A stretch of 62,749 nucleotides of DNA, filler included, from Choristocarpus tenellus KU-1152 (taxonomy: Eukaryota > Protista > Phaeophyceae): the NCBI GenBank assembly GCA_964200185.2. It is 11 parts of 11 records of this genome, joined end to end, with 100 filler letters (N's around TTAATTAATTAA, not from the genome) between each part and the next. Parts side by side here need not be neighbours in the genome. Positions count along the whole stretch, not along the records: positions 51,928 to 56,039 come from CAXNAD020016148.1; positions 56,140 to 62,749 come from CAXNAD020007757.1; 9 more parts are not named here. The stretch is one strand, 5' to 3'. The first letter of the stretch is position 1; each line of letters opens with the position of its first letter. The position numbers and the translations under genes are program-made. The notes beneath the pieces were generated by a model that saw only the letters and a list, made by a program, of their open reading frames with translations, did no database searches and had not been told where the DNA came from. This document shows, one piece after another, positions 52,494-62,749 of this stretch.

Positions 52494-53118
52494 GACCCTC
52501 CCTCACTTTGAGGCGGAGAGCTTATTTCCCGCTGCGAAGGGGTTTGTAGCTAACAGCTTCTTCAGCGGCCTCACTGCCACAGAGTTCTTTTTCCACACCA
52601 TGGGAGGCCGAGAGGTGTGTTGTGTGATGGGGGAGGATGAAGGATGAAGGATGAAGGATGAAGAAAATAGCCGGTGTTGATCAATGGCCGTTTTTTGATG
52701 TATACATTTAGTGTCTTTGATGTGTACTTTTTGAGTGTTTTTTATTTATCATGTACTTACAGATCTCTCGTTGGGGTTAGGGTTGGTGTGTAGACGCACG
52801 ACACTTTTTTTTTCTTGTAAATATAGGGATTGTTCTGGTGGTGTTGGGGAATGTAGCAGTGCTGTTCACGGAATGGAATACGGATGTGGGGTTAGGGTTA
52901 GGGTTAGGGAATACCAGTATGGTAGTGAGATATTTGTTAGAAACTGTATACACTGCTGTGAGGTTAGATTCCCTCAAAAGGATGTATTTTATTTTATTTT
53001 TATTAGTAGTAGTATTATTGTTTCTTTGCTCCATTTTTTTGTTCTAATATTTATCATACTATTATTGTTATTATTATTATTATTATCGTTATTCATGTGT
53101 GCTACCTCTCCATCTCCA

Positions 53119-53164
<46 letters not shown>

Positions 53165-55365
53165 GTCATCCACTTCAGAGTACATGCATCATCTGATTGG
53201 TCCCTTGACCTCCATGCCAAATAGAACGGCCAATAACATTGATGTCAAAATAACCAGGGTCGTTTCGTAACATTTTTTTATTTTAAAATCATGTACGGTT
53301 GTGTTGCGATTTTTTTTTTAATCATGCGTTGATGGTCAACTACAGGTATTTTACATTTAATTGTTAATGGTCAATAGTTATTAATAGTTAATAGTTTAGA
53401 GTTAGTGGTTGATGGTCGATGTTTGATACTTATTTTTAATTGTTAATAGTTAATAGCTTATGGTTGATAGTTAAGATAGTTAATAGTTTAAAGTTAATGG
53501 TCGATGGTTGATGTTTGATAGTTAATTTTTAATTGTTAATAGTTAATAGTTAATAGCTTATGGTTGATAGTTAAGATAGTTAATAGTTTAAAGTTAATGG
53601 TCGATGGTCGATGTTTGATAGTTAATTTTTAATAGTTAATAGCTTATGGTTGATAGTTAAGATAGTTAATAGTTAATATTTGATTTCTTGATTGACAGGG
53701 CCTGGTAGATACTGCTGTGAAGACTGCTGAGACAGGATACATGGCTAGACGTCTGATGAAGGCCCTTGAGGACCTGAGCATGCAGTATGACCGTACTGTG
53801 AGGAACAGTGAAAGAACTGTGGTTCAATTTGTCTACGGGGATGATGGTCTCAACCCTTCTAACATGGAGGTGTGTGTGTGTTATGTTATGTTATATTATG
53901 TTATGTTATGATAGGAAAAGAGATAAAAGAAACACAATTGGAAACACACGTATTTCCTTACCCCCAAGTGTTTATGCGTAGGAGATTGTATAGAAGTAAG
54001 ATTTTATAGAAGTAAGATTGTATAGAAGTGTGCTTCTGTGGGAACTGTACGTTTTGATTTTTTTGGACTTGTCCATCTGTTGTCGTTGTGATGTTTTTGG
54101 ATAGGTACAGCAAGTCGTTTGGTGTATGTACCTAGTCAACATGTCTATTTATGTCTATTTTTCCAGGGATATATGCATGTTTATGTATGTGTATATATGT
54201 TATGGTGAGTGGTGAAGGTGTGATGACAGTGCAGCATATAGGGTTGAAAGAAGTTAGGTTTTAAGAGAGGACATGCTATGTTCAGAATGGACGTCTGATG
54301 TCACCACTCTACAGTGAGGTGAGTTTAGTGCTTTGATTAGTATTGAGTTATTTGTAATGTAAATATACACATGGGCTTAGGGTTAGGGTCAGGATTAGGG
54401 TTATGGGGAAATGGGCGGGAAGAACTTAGGTTGGGTTTTTTTCATCACTGTGTGAGACACAAGAAAGAACTTAGGTGTGATTCACAAAGGCTTGTCGTCT
54501 GTTTGGGTTAGGGTTAGGGTTAAGGTTAAGGTTAAGGTTTTGTATACATCTCCGGTAAGTCCAAAATATAACTGGACTGAGTTGTTGGTGTGGTTTTGAT
54601 TCATACCAGACGCGTTGTGCCTATGAGGTGCTGGAGAAGAGATCATTTATTATTTGAAGAGATGTTGGAGAAGAGACCATTTATTATTTGAAGAGATATT
54701 GAAGAAGAGATCATTTATTATTTGAAGAGATGTTGGAGAAGAGACCATTTATTATTTGAAGAGATATTGAAGAAGAGACCATACCAGATGAAGTGCATCA
54801 GTGCAGTAGGGCTATTTCATCATTTTATTATGGCCATTTCTTGTCAATCCATACCAGACATTCTAGTTTGTTTCTAATGCGGAGAGTGAAAGTGTCTTAT
54901 TAAGAGAGGGTACGATTTTTGCCCTGTTTGTTTGTTTGGGGTTTGGTTTTCCATGGGGTTTTTAGGGCGTTTTACCTACTACTCCAAAATGTTTTGGAGT
55001 AGGTAAAATGTATACGTTATGAAAAGGTGTGTCTGGAACAAGGATATTGACACTTCTTGACAAACATGATAGCCAAAATTGCATATAAAACCTCCAATTT
55101 CTCATGAAAAGTGTCCAGCGTCAACACCCTAATACTCATTGCCTACACGTCCCTCATAGTACGGCAACCCACAGCGCAATTTACCCTTCCTCCTCCCCCT
55201 CCTCCTTGTGTTGAACTCTATACAGGGCAACTTGAGTGTGAAGATCAGGTCGGCAGATAGTGCAGTGGATGTAGGTCAACCTGTGGACTTTCCCAAGCTG
55301 CTCGAACACGTCAAGGCGATATTTCCATGCCCTGGGCAGGCATCGTTGGACCATGATCAGATGAG
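52494..55365 (+). CDS. POLR3A: RNA polymerase III largest subunit (RPC1), three internal exons 52494-52614, 53699-53869, 55226-55365
   Basis: [71 protein letters not shown] is the bridge-helix region. [15 protein letters not shown] and GDDGL are Pol III-type rather than the Pol II-type ESRGFVENSY, FFHAM and GEDG. Confidence 0.92.
53357..53678. repeat. AT-rich intronic minisatellite (higher-order units built from AATAGTT and GATGGTC/T heptamers)
   Basis: Three or more repeats of TTTTAAT(TG)TTAATAGTTAATAGCTTATGGTTGATAGTTAAGATAGTTAATAGTT. Confidence 0.9.
54630..54780. repeat. 34-bp tandem minisatellite, ~4.5 copies, alternating two variants
   Basis: The unit GAGATGTTGGAGAAGAGACCATTTATTATTTGAA alternates with GAGATATTGAAGAAGAGATCATTTATTATTTGAA. 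There are no spacers. Confidence 0.92.
54884..55085 (-). mobile_element. Truncated MITE copy in an RPC1 intron
   Basis: GAGTGAAAGTGTCTT..GAGGGTACGATTTT, central CTACTCCAAAA..TTTTGGAGTAG hairpin and GGAACAAGGATATTGACACTTC. The second TIR is absent. Confidence 0.85.
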
Positions 55366-58300
55366 GTAATTATTCTACTGCGATTTTTTAATTATTCTAC
55401 TGTGTTGCAGTGGCAGTACTTTCTTATTTTTCTAGTTGTATAATAATTCTATTGAAGTTTTTGTTCTTTTTTTCGTTTTTTGTGTCAGCTATAATCCCAC
55501 TTTTGTTAGAACCTTGTTGATGTCGATGTTGCTATAAACACCTTGTTGGTATAAAAATTATTGAATATGTATGTATGTATATATATATATATATATATAT
55601 ATGAAAAATGCAGATTATTAATGGCACTCCCAATCGTGTTCACCCCGTGACAGTTACATTATATTTATTGGATGACAGTTACATCTATCAAACAGCATTA
55701 CTTCTGGCGATAGCTGCAGTATACCAATGTATTCAAATTCCTATTGAAGGGTAGTTGTGAAGTGAAACAGGTCTAGCTCTGTATCGTGGAGTACTTGTTT
55801 TTATTTAGTATCTTAGGAGAGATGTGCTACTGTATCTTAGTTGTTTGCACAAGTTCAGTTTTTTTCATATTTATTTTTTTATTGCACTGTATATATAGAG
55901 AGGTTATCTTGTTCGTTTTCACAAGTTCAGTTTTTTTCATACTTCTCATTTTTTTAATTACAGTCTATATATAGAGAGTTTAGGGTGTAAGCCCTCCCCT
56001 TTACTGTCTCATATCACGACCCAGCTATCTGGGGGGGGGNNNNNNNNNNNNNNNNNNNNNNNNNNNNNNNNNNNNNNNNNNNNTTAATTAATTAANNNNN
56101 NNNNNNNNNNNNNNNNNNNNNNNNNNNNNNNNNNNNNNNCCCCCCCCCCAGATACTTTGACCCTTTGGAGTAACTCAATTCAATGATTTTCTTGATCCTC
56201 GAACTAAAAGGGTGAAAGGGATGCTACTATCAGCACTTACAATGCTAAGTATGTGTCTTATGTTTGTCCAAGTGTCAAGTCATTTTTTTGTCACAAAATA
56301 TGCTTTTTCAGCACTGCCGCTATTGTAAGGGGTTCAACTCTCTTTTTTGTGGTTGATGGCATTCATTACTTAACTGTGTTCTGAAGCCCAGGGCTATTCC
56401 TAGTGAACCGTCTATGCTGCAAAAGTGATTACATATCCTTACTTATCCACTCCCTTGCCACCATGGATGGTACATGCCTCACACCCGACAACCTCAACAA
56501 GCACCCAGTGGACATACCACACCACCATTGGTGAACCCTCTCGTCTGATAGGAAAATTAGAAATAGTGATGAAGTCCACACACCCCAAGAAAAAACTACG
56601 TGCAACACATAGTTTTAGCCACAACCTTGGCCTTTATAGTTTTGACTGTAGGGCTACGGTTTTGGTCAGATCCTTCATAGAAAATTGGATGAAGATCAAT
56701 CCTTTTTTTCAGTGCTTCGCCAATACCTGTATCTTCAGACAATGGATGAGGCAAATAGATAGATAGTAGCCTTCTCGTTGAGTAATAATACTAGAACCAA
56801 AACAATACTCACAAAACTATGTCAGATGCATGAACCGAACATTTATTATTCCAGCATTTTAGTGGGATTTTGGTTTAGTCAGCGGCACAGTATGTCTAAG
56901 AAAAAAAGCGTTGAAGGCATATGAACAACTCCTTGTACCATTTGGAGGTAAATGCATAGCAACATACTGCTCCCCTGGGTGCCAATTTCTTTCAAGTCGG
57001 TGGTAGACTGAAATTTCAGGAATAGTCAGGGGGCTGGCCAGACGAGAATATTTGACTGAACCTACAACCTAAAATGCTCTGATACATCTATATTCGTTTT
57101 TGAGTAGGTAAGTTTTTTTTTGGGGGGGGGAATAAATTTAGTGCAACTCGGGCCGACTGGGGATATCCTGCTTAAAGTTGACCTGTGTTGCATGAATCGC
57201 CAACACAAGGCAAGCAAACTTGGCCAATTACAGGCTGTGCACCTCATTGTTCCTTCATCGCATGAGAAGGTACTGGTGTCCGTTGGTCCTTTGGTTCCTT
57301 GAACATTGGATGCCCCTTCCCGCGCCTACCTGTTGTTGGCGACCTCAATTCCTACTCCCTGTTTGAAACATGTTTTGAAATATCAGGATAGAGTAGGCTT
57401 ACTTTTGTCTGCACTGTGAACCCTATCTCCCTCTGCATTACTTGACTCCCAACGAGTCATTATGGATGCTCCTTTTGGAAGCTGACCCAGGCAACTTTTT
57501 CTCTAATTAATACCTTCTATTCTGGAGGTGGCTGCACTAGGCTTGCACTGCCTCCTCTCCATGTTTTGGATCTTTCCCCCTCTCAACCTTAGGTCATATC
57601 TTGATCCATGCACCTCAGATAGTAAGTAGCATGGCACCACCACCCCTGGAATGCTGTAGATTGTCAGGGTCGGAGGACAGAGGACTGTGTGTACAGGGCC
57701 AATAGTCACTTGAAGCCCTCGAACTGACTATGGACTCTATTCCTGTGCGATATGCGATGTCCTTGAGTATTCCTGAACTGGAAGTTAGGGATTGATGCCC
57801 CCCACCAATGACCATTATTCCCTTTGTCGTGATTGACATATTGCTGGGAACCCCTCACTCTTATATTTAGGAGAGACCTGAGGTCCCAGTAAGAAAGCCA
57901 GTAATCCAAAGGTTTCCTTGTGCGAACTTTAAATTAACAATTAATGTTTTTCTGTCCAATTCAGTTCCACCGTTGAGATTTATCAACAGATCGAAAAGAC
58001 GCGAACTAGGTCGGTTGGCTTGGTCATATGGTCTCAAAACGACTGACTCCAAACACCCATCTATGATTTTTATGTCCCTATTATAGTTATTATCGTTAGT
58101 CTGAGGGGGCAACTCAGTGTGTCCAACAGCAAAAAGAGGAGAAACTAGGTATAATACACGAAAACCCCAAAAACAACTTGAGTGGCATCAGGTCTATCCA
58201 AATGCCACACAAAGGTATCAAGCTCTAGAGCTCTAAGTAAATATCGGAATGCATCCATTCAAATATGTGCTACTGTAAGTGTATTCAGTTATCTCCAAAC

Positions 58301-58449
58301 AGAGGGAAGGAGATTCCATGCGATCTAGAGGCCTTCTCTCAAAGTAAGAGTTCAAAATGGTGTTAAGTATTGTTCGGACTGTCCGTAGCAGCATAGACAA
58401 AAATGCCTTCATCATTACAGACCTTCAATCCCTTGATTTTGGAACGCAG

Positions 58450-61400
58450 ATGGAGGATGTAGCTTTGACATGGACAACCTGGCACAAGGAAATGGAGACA
58501 GCAATGCAGCCATGCTAGTAAATGTGTTGAATACCAAACGAAGCCCCTTGGTCTTTCAGCTCCAGGCATTGACCTTGACATTGAATTCACTGCATGGCTC
58601 AGTCGAGGCTACTAAAAGTAGGGACAGGGCTGGGTTGGAGGCACTTGGATCTTCTGTTTTTCTCGTGGTGAAGAAGGTGGTAGTGAGGACAACTACAGAG
58701 AGAAAAGCGGGAAACAGTTCATCTCCGACCCTGGGTCAATCTGACTCACACGCGACAGCCATTCCATTCCACACTCAGTCCTTGGTGGGAGGTGAGAATC
58801 AGCACTTGGAGGCTAGAGAGACTGAGTCGATGACTGCTGCCTTAGATGCTGCACATCGCAGTGTTAGTAGGAGTGAGACTGTGTTAAAGTCTTCAGGAGG
58901 TGAGAGGGAGGAGAGCCTGGATCGGACAGATATGAGTTCTGTAAATGGTGTAAGTGGGGTGCCTTCATGCGAAACAAAATTATTAACCATTCCTACTGAA
59001 GAATCGGATACAGGGATTATTGTGGCAAGAAGGGATACGAGTGGACAGGTTGTTACATGTGATTCTCAAGCCGAGGAACAGATAGCCCGGTCTCGATCTT
59101 TTTTGTTGACAACCAAGAGCATCTGTAGAGAGGCCATATTTGAGATTCCGCCCGAAATCCTCCTTGATACTAAACACCCACAGAGGAACTGCAAGTGGGG
59201 GGTTCAGAGGCAGGATGATGAGGAACAGAAGCAATGTAAGGGTTTGGTGGATGATACCATTACTTCCATCAGGATTGAACTTGTTGGTGAGGCTGCTTCA
59301 CAAGGGAGTATTTCTGGCCAAGTTAACCAAGAGTTGTTGAAGCATGGGCTCAGGCCTGACAGCAAAGGCAAGGCCCTGGCTGTCAATGACCAGGGTGGGG
59401 TTGTGCTGGCTCAAGCAGAATTGAATTCAGAATTTCTCCGGGGAACAATTGGTCACAAGCGTTCTGTCTTGTTGACTACTGAGCCACCAACCGTTCCTGA
59501 AAATACCAGCGAGCAGGACACTGATCTCCTAGCAGTACAAAAAAATAGAGCTCCGTCTGTGACATTGTCAAATTTTCTGGATGGAGCAAGCCTTGACCTT
59601 GCTGGTCACTGCATTCCAGCACATCATATCCAGCCTCATCTAGAGCTTCAAATCCTGGAGTGCCAGAACCTGAAGAAGGCTGACCTTCTTGGAAAAAGCG
59701 ACCCCTGTGTCATTGTCATGTGGGATGGCGAGGAGGTGGGCAGAACTGATGTGGTCCGAGCAGATCTAAACCCTGTATTTGACAAACGAGGCAAGAAAGA
59801 ATTGGAGGGCAGAGACGAACAGAAAGGGGGGGGTTCTAGTAGATTCAAGGATGGTGCCTGCTTCAGTCTTCCGCTCTCCCCTCCCAAGTCTGTAGATGGC
59901 TCTGTGGTGTGGGAAACATATGCCCCTGAGCTTCGCTTAGAAGTATGGGATATGGATAGAGATATCCGACGAAGATGGAAGAAGAGCGATTTCCTGGGCT
60001 CAGTGGTCCTCCAAGGCCCTGGTGACATATCTCCAGTCATTGAGGCAACGGCACGAGTCCGACAGGGTGTTGGTCGGGCAGAGGGGGGGAAGTTCATGCA
60101 CCAACCGGCAAGTGTGGTACTAAGGCTTGGCTGTAATTGCTTGGACGGGGTCAAGAGTGGTGAGAGCAGTCATCCAACAGGCCTAATTAAGATAAACCTA
60201 ACCCTGAAAGGTGCCACAGATGCTACGGAGAGGTGGGAATCGGGTGCTGGAAGTGTTCCAACCAAGGCAGTTCAAATAGGGTCAATGGACAAAACGAAAG
60301 AATCAGCACTAACCTCTTCCTTGCTGCAACCAAAGAAACCAAAAGAGGCATGGTTGCATCAAAGTGGTCATGTGACAGTCCCAGCACCGGCCTTATCTCT
60401 AAAAGAACCAACTGAAGCCTTGGCCTCACTTCCATACCTCCGTGTTTGCTGTCTTGATGCTAGGGGTCTTCCTAGTGACTGTAACGCCTACTGTCGTATA
60501 TTCTGGAATGGAGTTGAGGTAGGACGCACTGCCACAGCGTTGTCAATTCTCAAGAGTGGTACACACCAGGTGCGAGGTCCCACCTGGGTTTTTCAACGCA
60601 ACCCTATATGGAATGACAAGATATTTGGCAGTGGCTGTGGAGAACTTGTGGTGCCTCTCCAAAGTAGAGTAGCTTTGGATGATGGGAGCAATGCCAATGA
60701 GCTTGTCGTGGAATTGTTTGATGGTTTGAGCTCATCAGATAAGGAGGTGAAGGAGGCACAACCACTGGTAGCTGACCAACAAAAGTGGGGGGGTCGAGAC
60801 AGGGTTGGGGAATCTTTGGGAGTTGCGAGGATTTGTGGTCAGGACCTACTGATGACCGATGTACCTCAGGTTATGGAAGTACAACTGTTCAAAATTTCTT
60901 GTGGGAATGATTTGCACAACACTCAGTACCATCATCGGCGCATGCTAAGGCTCTGTCTTACGCGTCAATGTGAGCCAACTGTTCTGGGGTCCACAAAAAA
61001 GGTGGGGGAGGTTTCATTGGTAAACGACAGTGGATTCAACAGGTCAGCAATAGGGCTAGGGCTCACCAATTCAAGAGGGTGCAGGTATTTGAACGATCAG
61101 CCGAAGGAGTGGCTAAAACTATTCTTAAAGGGCTGTCAATTGCAACGTGGGCTAGATTTGACAGGCACCAGTGACCCATACTGTGTAGTCTTCTTCAACC
61201 GGTCATGGTGGGGGCAAACTAAGGTGTGCTGGGTGACTCTCAATCCTACCTGGGAGGAGTGGTTTGATCTGGAGTTACCATTGGGGAGAGCTAATCCTGA
61301 ATACACAGGTTCCAATCCTGGAATGAAGGCAGAAGTTCGAGTCGAGGTGTGGGACAATAATGCTGTTGGTTCTGATAGCTTCATTGGTGAGGCCATCCTG

Positions 61401-62244
61401 CTCTTGGCGGGAAGTGATGAAGGGTGAGAATCCCTGCTACATAGGAGATGGAAGCAATCTCATTACGAAAGAAAAACTGTGTTGTTGCACATTGTACCTT
61501 TGTCTATGGAAAGGATGATTTTCAAGGAGCGGTAGCTCTTTAATGTCCGATGTCCATATAATGCCAGAGTTTATTTTCCATATAATGTCTATTGCCTAGC
61601 ACTAGATTTGCACCTAGTGTCCGCTGTCAGGTCAACACAAGGCGTCATCTGCTCTGTACAGTTCGTTGTTGAGAAAGCTCTTGACACACTTGCCCAGTAA
61701 TAACCATTCTATAGACCAAGACTATAAACATTCGTTCAACTACATAATTCTTTTACCTTCACAGATTTGCCTGACCAGTGATCAGAAGTTGTGAAGCTAA
61801 ATGACAATAATGGAACAAAATTTGCTGAAGAAAGAATATGCGGAAAATACTTACTGGCGTGTGTGTGGTGTGTGCGTGTCCGTGTGCACATTAAAGTTGG
61901 AGTACATAGTGGTTGCTGTTCTCTGTAAGTAGTGAAGAATACCATTTCATGGATAATAGAAATGTACTCTACTTAGTGCCTGCTTGAGGTTTAAATTACA
62001 TAATCTCATGTGTTACTTAGGAAGGCACATCATAGCAGCAATAAAGCACACCAGTACTAAGAAGTTAAGCTCTTGAACTCAATATCGATTCTGCAGCAGG
62101 AGACTGACACTGCACAATTTAGAGTTGTCTGGACAGGCTGTGCAAGGCAAGGGTATTGCCGGGGATGGGTGGAATCCCACGGAGGACATTGGGGTATTGA
62201 ATTGCACAACACAATTGTCTCTGGAGAAACAGTGGCCTCAAGAG
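58450..62244 (+). CDS. Large multi-C2-domain protein, internal part. Exons 58450-61423 (2974 nt) and 62100-62244
   Basis: 985-aa ORF with C2 signatures: ILECQNLKKADLLGKSDPCVIV..LEVWDMD..SDFLG; a degenerate middle C2; LDLTGTSDPYCVV..TLNPTWEEWF..VEVWDNNAVGSDSFIG. CAG acceptor at 58449 and GTGAGA donor at 61424, in phase with the next exon. Confidence 0.88.
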
Positions 62245-62513
62245 GTGAGGTGAAGTCTGCTGCAGATGGATGTAGGCAAGGATATAGCCCAGGAGAAGGG
62301 AGAGGAACTGAGGAACGTCTAAATAAAGTCATAGTGACGGGTTACCAACTAGACATGGAGAACTGAAGAGAGGGAGTAGCAAAGTGCAGCATTATATCCT
62401 ATGGGCTAGAGCATGGCTTTATACACACTATCGTGGAAAAGAATGAAACTAGCAACTGTTGACACCTTCAGAAAATTACTCAGGTCATTGCTCACCTTGT
62501 GTGGGAATGGAAA

Positions 62514-62749
62514 GAGTCAAATTATCTTAGAGGGTAGAGCCGCATCCATTTGGGGGGCCAAATCCAACGTTACAATTTTGATGTAATTTTGTCTATTATG
62601 TTTATTACCAGATGTCAATATCCTTGTTTCTGGACAAACCTTTCCATGACGTATGCATTTCACCTACTTCGAAACATTTTGGAGTAGCATAGGGCTCAAA
62701 GTATCTGGGAGGGGGTGGCAGCTGTCCATTTGGGGTCAATTTTTTCATG
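62514..62749 (+). mobile_element. MITE copy interrupted at ~62691 by the terminus of a related element
   Basis: It begins GAGTCAAATTATCTTAGAGGGTAGAG. Just after the central hairpin the sequence switches to GGGCTCAAAGTATCTGGGAGGGGGTGGCAGCTGTCCA, nearly the reverse complement of 9631-9667. Confidence 0.82.

Noticed and set aside
54630-54780. 34-bp repeat of CRISPR-like length
   Set aside because: The units are head-to-tail with no unique spacers, lie in a eukaryotic intron, and have no cas genes.
5158-56139. Regularly recurring TTAATTAATTAA motif and any apparent gene cluster across it (e.g. sterol cyclase + lipase + KAS as a lipid cluster)
   Set aside because: These are artificial contig joiners; the genes lie on unlinked contigs.
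59648-61396. Antisense ORFs inside the C2 exon (and 45324-45908 inside ALG10)
   Set aside because: These are shadow frames of well-supported sense coding sequence.

Overview
This window is not one locus. It is 11 short eukaryotic contigs joined by ten artificial 100-nt spacers (N44-TTAATTAATTAA-N44), so adjacency across spacers is meaningless. The GT-AG intron-rich genes, TTAGGG-type repeats and gene content suggest a stramenopile such as a brown alga; this is inference and unverified. Most real genes are missed by the ORF track because they are spliced. Hand reconstruction with phase-consistent splice sites gives partial or complete models for an oxidosqualene cyclase, an ARM-repeat-like protein, a class 3 lipase, a PPR-like protein, SDHAF3 (complete), a complete 7-exon orphan gene, POLE2, an F-box-like protein, ALG10, a KAS II/OXSM, Pol III largest subunit RPC1 and a multi-C2-domain protein. 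Mobile DNA includes two decayed chromodomain-bearing Ty3/Gypsy copies, a Copia element with an intact 3' LTR and an internal inversion, and an abundant MITE family with GRG..CYC ends, 4-bp TSDs and a central palindrome whose relatives sit at many contig breaks. The best candidates for something undescribed are (1) a diverged ~460-bp tandem unit behind the chromovirus pol that keeps several hairpins, one with a compensatory base-pair change, (2) the Sola2-like MITE family and (3) the microhomology-bounded inversion plus deletion in the Copia pol. No CRISPR array, rRNA or prokaryotic system is supported.
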